Part shown: positions 15,811 through 20,000 of the stretch, piece after piece
How positions within the stretch are numbered: position 1 is the first letter of the stretch
Layout: the number at the start of each line of letters is the position of its first letter
DNA from: an uncultured virus (IMG/VR IMGVR_UViG_3300036823_000386)
Taxonomy: Duplodnaviria > Heunggongvirae > Uroviricota > Caudoviricetes
Strand: one strand, 5' to 3'
Length of the DNA stretch: 20,000 nt
Virus record (IMG/VR): IMGVR_UViG_3300036823_000386
Translations under genes and position numbers: made by a program
The notes under the pieces: model-generated
Told to the model about the DNA's origin: nothing
Seen by the model: the letters and a program-made list of their open reading frames with translations, nothing else
Databases searched by the model: none

Positions 15811-16207
15811 CGTGTTACCCGGCTTTTTAAAAGGTAACACGCGGGTAACACGATTATGCCACCGCTAAACTATTTATTATTTATTTATAAGTACTTTAAA
15901 ATAAATAATATATATATAAAGCGGTTTGCTTTAATTGTAACCGCGTTACCTTGTTACCCTTGTTACCCAATAATATGCCTATACGTATGAAGATGGCCTC
16001 ACCTCACCTCACCTCACCCGCATCCAATTTCCTTTTTCGCCGGAACGTGATCAGGTGAGGTGAGGTGAGGTGAGGTTACGGATTCCAATAGGGTGTGGTT
16101 GTAACCGGGTAACGCGGGTAACAAGGTAACAAAAATAGACATCCTATTGATAATTAATAGCCTGCGTAGTTACATCAAAAGGTAACACCAAAACTGAAAG
16201 GTAACAA
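15811..16207. other. putative replication origin (iteron-like repeats plus AT-rich palindrome)
   Basis: About 15 GTTAC(C)/(G)GTAAC copies in both orientations, an AT-rich tract at 15866-15920, a 22-bp inverted repeat at 15997-16018/16054-16075, and no credible ORF. Confidence 0.65.
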
Positions 16208-16316
16208 TAGCGCGGCATTTAGCGCAAATGGCTTATCTTCAAGGAGCCAATTCACAAGTGAACGAGTGAGGCGGCTGGAAATAAACGATCGCCGGAGTGA
16301 GGTTGCGGCGATACCA

Positions 16317-16604
16317 TTATGCCCCAGGGAGAAAAACGTGACCGCATTTCAGACACGTAAGTTTTATTTTACCGCTCCCCACGAGCCCGCCAAGCAAGCC
16401 TAACGGACCGAGGAGGACCGCCCCGGCGACGGCCTTGCCTGCCCCAAATCCCTTTTGGCCGGCGGCGATTTGAGTCGAAAGGCATTGCGGGCACCGAACG
16501 GCAGGATCTTGAATCGCCTGATCGGGAAGTTTGGTGCCGCATCCGCACCACGTTTGCGCGGGAACATTGGCTGCGCCACATTTCGTGCAAGTTTTAATTC
16601 GCAT
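16317..16604 (-). CDS. zinc-ribbon protein with a Gly-rich hydrophobic insert
   Basis: CTKC..WCGCG, then CPQC-KGFGAGKAVAGAVLLGPLGLLGGLVG-CLKC. Confidence 0.8.
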   Translation of the reverse strand: MRIKTCTKCGAANVPAQTWCGCGTKLPDQAIQDPAVRCPQCLSTQIAAGQKGFGAGKAVAGAVLLGPLGLLGGLVGSGKIKLTCLKCGHVFLPGA

Positions 16605-16966
16605 AAATGGACTGAATTCAAAAAATGTTAAAAATCAGGAACATAACATGCTGAATCAGATTACAGCCCTTCGATTTTTTGGAGATTGTGTCTCATAACG
16701 GGGCTGTTAAATTGAAAATGTCTTTTAGCGTAACTGTTCGGCTCACCAAAACCGCGAATTTTGTGATCCCGAGACGAACTGGTAACGCGCTCGATTGGGC
16801 GCGGCCGGTTTCATTCTCGGGAAGGCGCTTCGCGGTGCCTGGTGGGAGTGTAATTGGTCCGCGCCTTTTGAGCGTTGACCGCAAAAGCAACCAATGAAGG
16901 ACGAGCTTTTCGAATACTTGATGAAGTTGCCCCCAAGAGACCAAGCCAAGATTGTAGATGACTTGC

Positions 16967-17395
16967 TCACTTCTCTGGCTCTGTATTTGGAGAAGGTTCG
17001 CCAGTTGAATGCTGCCTCCGCTTTATTATCTCCAAGGCTTTGCGATCAATGTCCTTTTCGGAACTGCGGCTAGGAGCGGGGATCGGTCGCCGATTTTTGT
17101 GAAATGATTTCGGCTTGCTCTTAGAACTACGATAAGAAACGGTTTCGTTGACCGGAGGCGTCAGCCTTTCAACCTTTTCTGAAAGCGACGAGGACTGATT
17201 GAGCAATAAAGTTTGAGATGAATATCCCTGTTCTTGCCTATCTAAAAATTCAATGACTGCAAGCCGGATGAGTGTTGCTTCGCTCATTCCCTTTTTACCG
17301 CAAAACAAAATAACCCGAGTCTTTAATTCGCTCGTGCAGCGCCCTCGCAGAATTTCCGTATAATTCCGGTCGGCTATTGAGTCATCAGGCGGCAT
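16967..17395 (-). CDS. ribbon-helix-helix (CopG/Arc-like) regulator with a C-terminal extension
   Basis: TEILRGRCTSELKTRV..FC...GMSEATLIRLAVIEFL. Confidence 0.7.
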   Translation of the reverse strand: MPPDDSIADRNYTEILRGRCTSELKTRVILFCGKKGMSEATLIRLAVIEFLDRQEQGYSSQTLLLNQSSSLSEKVERLTPPVNETVSYRSSKSKPKSFHKNRRPIPAPSRSSEKDIDRKALEIIKRRQHSTGEPSPNTEPEK

Positions 17396-17594
17396 TGGCT
17401 AGAGGTGCTGGGGATGACGGAAAAGGAACAGGCGGATTAAGGCGGTGCCGAAGCCGGAGCACATATTCGGCTGTGGCTTTGCGAACGATGTCGGCCTCGT
17501 CCAGGCTTTCAACTTGTGCTGCCCACGCAATATCACCTTTGAGCGTTGTTGTGCAACGTGCTCTTATCATTGCTGTTTTGTTCGCTTTAGACAT
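17385..17594 (-). CDS. ribbon-helix-helix regulator
   Basis: KTAMIRARCTTTLKGDIAWAA..ESLDEADIVRKATAEYV; start ATG at 17594. Confidence 0.7.
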   Translation of the reverse strand: MSKANKTAMIRARCTTTLKGDIAWAAQVESLDEADIVRKATAEYVLRLRHRLNPPVPFPSSPAPLANAA

Positions 17595-17702
17595 TTCGCC
17601 GCCACTTGTAGCACGGTGTAGCACAAAGGCAAGTAAAAGTTTTTAAAAATACCCGTTGACGACTGTAACCGAATGTGGCACAAAAGAGCCACAACAGACC
17701 AC
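17595..17702. promoter_or_regulatory. divergent promoter/operator region
   Basis: Rightward TTGACG-N17-CACAAA (from 17656); leftward TTGCCT-N16-TACAAG; TGTRGCAC at 17607, 17617 and 17674 overlaps both. Confidence 0.55.
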
Positions 17703-17936
17703 ATGAGCACAAATGAGAAAAAAACTGAGGTTATAAGGGGCCGAGTTGAACCAGCGCTGAGGAAGCGGGCGGACACTTATATTTTGAAAAGTGATCGGTC
17801 TGAATCGTATCTCGTGCGCACAGCCGTCAAAGAGTTTCTTGATAAGTTTGAAATAGAAATTCCACAACCCAAAGCAATGGCTGAAGTACCCGGGCAAACA
17901 AACGAGAACCTCTTAACAGCGCATGAAAGCAAATAG
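17703..17936 (+). CDS. ribbon-helix-helix regulator (in the Cro-like position)
   Basis: KTEVIRGRVEPALRKRAD......DRSESYLVRTAVKEFL; start ATG at 17703. Confidence 0.72.
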   Translation: MSTNEKKTEVIRGRVEPALRKRADTYILKSDRSESYLVRTAVKEFLDKFEIEIPQPKAMAEVPGQTNENLLTAHESK

Positions 17937-18165
17937 TTCGAATTGTTCAACTCACCGCGACAAACCGTCGCTTAAAAGTCGAGGAAGCGCTTTTCCTGAG
18001 CAAGTGGGGCTTTTAGCTTGCCTTGAGTATGCCTCATTGGCTCGCGGTCCTATTCACCTTTACGGTTCAGAGGCCATAGGCAAAACCAAAGCTTTAGCGT
18101 TGCTGAAAAACAGCGGCGCGGCAATTAAATCGAAAAAGAAACCTGCAATCAAACCCAAATCATGA
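17923..18165 (+). CDS. hypothetical protein (80 aa)
   Basis: Overlaps the upstream stop; ATGA overlap with the downstream ORF. Confidence 0.45.
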   Translation: MKANSSNCSTHRDKPSLKSRGSAFPEQVGLLACLEYASLARGPIHLYGSEAIGKTKALALLKNSGAAIKSKKKPAIKPKS

Positions 18166-18509
18166 TCTACCCTGATGATGAACCAGCAGTTAAAGTTCGT
18201 GGACGTGGAACAACGAAAATTTGTTTTAACGCCAGGCTGCACTTTGGCCGAGAGCACCCCGAGATGGGAAAGGTGGCGCGCTCTTTGATGAAGTGGCGCG
18301 TCATGGACAACCAACAACATTTCATCGCTCAACTGGTTCGAGAAGAATTCGACCGCCAGATTGCGCGGGGAATGCCGGACCCCTTCGCGAAGCCCGTGTT
18401 GAAAGTCAGCCCTCGGAAGGGCGGCCGCGGCGCTCCCAGTCCTCTCGGACGAGTTGTAAAAGATAGAAAGACCGATTGTCAACGCGCCGGTGCTTCATGC
18501 AAATGTTGA
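18162..18509 (+). CDS. hypothetical protein, RHH-like
   Basis: MKWRVMDNQQHFIAQLVREEFDR aligns with the convergent ORF 18406-18612. Confidence 0.55.
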   Translation: MIYPDDEPAVKVRGRGTTKICFNARLHFGREHPEMGKVARSLMKWRVMDNQQHFIAQLVREEFDRQIARGMPDPFAKPVLKVSPRKGGRGAPSPLGRVVKDRKTDCQRAGASCKC

Positions 18510-18612
18510 TCAGTTCGAGTCCTTCATCGCTGGCATAGACGTTAAAGCGGTGAGGCTTGGCCGGTGGCACTGGCTGTTTCTTGGAAATCTCTTTTGCGGT
18601 GGTCTTTTTCAT
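18406..18612 (-). CDS. RHH-like small regulator
   Basis: HRFNVYASDEGLELINICMKHRRVDNRSFYLLQLVREDWER has a beta-alpha-alpha pattern. Confidence 0.55.
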   Translation of the reverse strand: MKKTTAKEISKKQPVPPAKPHRFNVYASDEGLELINICMKHRRVDNRSFYLLQLVREDWERRGRPSEG

Positions 18613-18664
18613 GAGTTGTGAAGTGTGCGGTGCATTGTCCTGATTGTCAAAAATGTAAATAGTT

Positions 18665-18997
18665 ATGTCTCTTCTGAAAGAAAAAAAGAAAATGCCTGGT
18701 GATGGAACTCCAATGATAGTTGTTTATAACATGACGCAACTTGCCAAGCAGGTGCATTACGGTTACACGTATATTTTTGCGGCAAAAAAGGCTGGTTTTC
18801 AATTTTCCCATGGTTCGCGCACCACCGAAAAAGCATGGTGGGACTGGCTCAAGGCTAATCCTGATTTTCGTGCTTCGGATTTTTTGAAGCCGAAGTCTCG
18901 CCGGGTTTCTTCACATTCAGAGCATTCCAATATGGCGCCAGCTCTTTCGGATCAATCCGGCGGTAAACCCGGTGAACGGTTGGAGACGCATGAGTAA
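18665..18997 (+). CDS. putative excisionase/recombination directionality factor-like DNA-binding protein
   Basis: Small, basic and adjacent to the integrase; YNMTQLAKQVHYGYTYI..AKKAGF....TT....WDWL is winged-HTH-like. Confidence 0.5.
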   Translation: MSLLKEKKKMPGDGTPMIVVYNMTQLAKQVHYGYTYIFAAKKAGFQFSHGSRTTEKAWWDWLKANPDFRASDFLKPKSRRVSSHSEHSNMAPALSDQSGGKPGERLETHE

Positions 18998-20000
18998 CCG
19001 CTTTCATCATCACCGTCTCGGGAACTCCGGCGCGCTCCATCCGGGTAATGGCAGTCACGCGTGTCGAGTGGAAGCTGATGTTTTCAAATCCCAGATAATG
19101 TTTGCGCAACCGTTTGAAAACTTTAAACCACGGCTGGGCCGGGTGTTTCGGCATCTCATAAGTGTAAGTGCGGCCGTCTTTTTTAAGCTGGTGGAGAAAG
19201 GGAAGCAGGTTGGGATTGATTGGAACGTCTTCAAATTTATTACCTTTGGCTTTTATGGGCAGGCTGCCGTGAGCGAAGTTAATACGGTCGAGGCGAATGT
19301 GAGTTTCCTTCAGGCGGATGCCTTGAAGCCGGGCGATTTCCCAGGACACGAAAAGGTAATCGGCAACCAATTTTTGTTTTGGCGTGTCGGCGGTGCGCAG
19401 GCGGCGTTTAACTTCGTCCTCGATCAAGGCAAACTGTTCGTCAGAAATTTCGTCTTTCACGCGCGAGGGATCTTTTTTCAGTCCGAGCCGGCTCGCGGGA
19501 TTGGCGATAATAAACTCCCGGTTAACTGCCTCCTGCATGATTTTGTGGAGCACACGCAATTCGAGAATGATCGTGTTTCGGCCCACGTGCTTTCCCTTTT
19601 CGGTTTGGGAATTGTTCAAATGGCGAACGTCGGAACGCCACGTCACATACTCCAAACAATGCGACCGGCGAACCTGAGCCGGTGCGGTTATTTTCAGTGC
19701 GGAAAAATAAGCCGCCAGAAGGTTCCAAGTGCTCAAATAACGCTTGAGCGTTCCCGGCGAATTGGCGTGGGTGGTTTTGATATAATCAGGAGCCCATTTG
19801 GAAAACGGGTTGAGGGCATTGGCCTTGGCGGAGTTTGTTTCTTTAACGGCATACTCGTTCCGCATCTGGACGGCTTTAAGATATTGCCGCGCATCGCCGG
19901 TATTAAAGCCGGTAGAGATTTGTTCAATCGCATCCGTCTCCGGATTGCGGAATTTCAACCACCAAAATTTAGAATTGCTTCGTTTGTAAAGGCTAGCCAT
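18855..20000 (-). CDS. int: tyrosine recombinase (phage-type integrase)
   Basis: MASLYKR...WWLKF arm-binding N-terminus, NPA core-binding end, and catalytic R (GIRLKE), K (AKGNK), HxxR (FHSTR), H (VTHAS) and Y (HRVY). Confidence 0.93.
   Translation of the reverse strand: MASLYKRSNSKFWWLKFRNPETDAIEQISTGFNTGDARQYLKAVQMRNEYAVKETNSAKANALNPFSKWAPDYIKTTHANSPGTLKRYLSTWNLLAAYFSALKITAPAQVRRSHCLEYVTWRSDVRHLNNSQTEKGKHVGRNTIILELRVLHKIMQEAVNREFIIANPASRLGLKKDPSRVKDEISDEQFALIEDEVKRRLRTADTPKQKLVADYLFVSWEIARLQGIRLKETHIRLDRINFAHGSLPIKAKGNKFEDVPINPNLLPFLHQLKKDGRTYTYEMPKHPAQPWFKVFKRLRKHYLGFENISFHSTRVTAITRMERAGVPETVMMKAVTHASPTVHRVYRRIDPKELAPYWNALNVKKPGETSASKNPKHENQD

Larger units (their letters stand above)
1..20000. 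mobile_element. part of an integrative mobile element (ICE or prophage-like); ends not visible
   Basis: Integrase/xis, regulatory switch, origin-like region, PRTRC, radC, orphan dnaN and many small orphans; no housekeeping gene context. Confidence 0.8.

Noticed and set aside
16679..16970. Short ORFs between the RHH genes and the zinc-ribbon gene
   Set aside because: Three competing frames with no motif; I cannot choose between them, although 16743-16970 has a GTGA overlap.
1..20000. tRNA/rRNA genes, att core, phage structural genes, conjugation (T4SS/relaxase) genes
   Set aside because: None recognised in the window, so the element class cannot be settled.

Overview
The window looks like the integrase-proximal end of an integrative mobile element (ICE or prophage-like), with almost all genes on the minus strand. 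Reading from the right: a tyrosine integrase, a convergent excisionase-like gene, a regulatory block of up to five ribbon-helix-helix (RHH)-like genes, a CxxC-hydrophobic-CxxC protein, and an origin-like non-coding region with about 15 GTTAC/GTAAC repeats, an AT-rich palindrome and a 22-bp (CCTCA)4 inverted repeat. Next come a very GC-rich 611-aa orphan, a degenerate repeat array with hairpin-dense DNA, and a tightly coupled chain of small genes that includes a 3D-domain protein. The left part is a DNA-processing block (SRAP, RadC-like JAB, serine recombinase, short clamp-loader-like AAA+ ATPase, beta sliding clamp) that runs directly into a PRTRC ubiquitin-like cassette (E-C-F-B-ThiF, cut at the left edge). 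The main hypothesis is an element-encoded clamp plus Ubl-conjugation module. All family calls come from motif recognition by eye; no searches were run.
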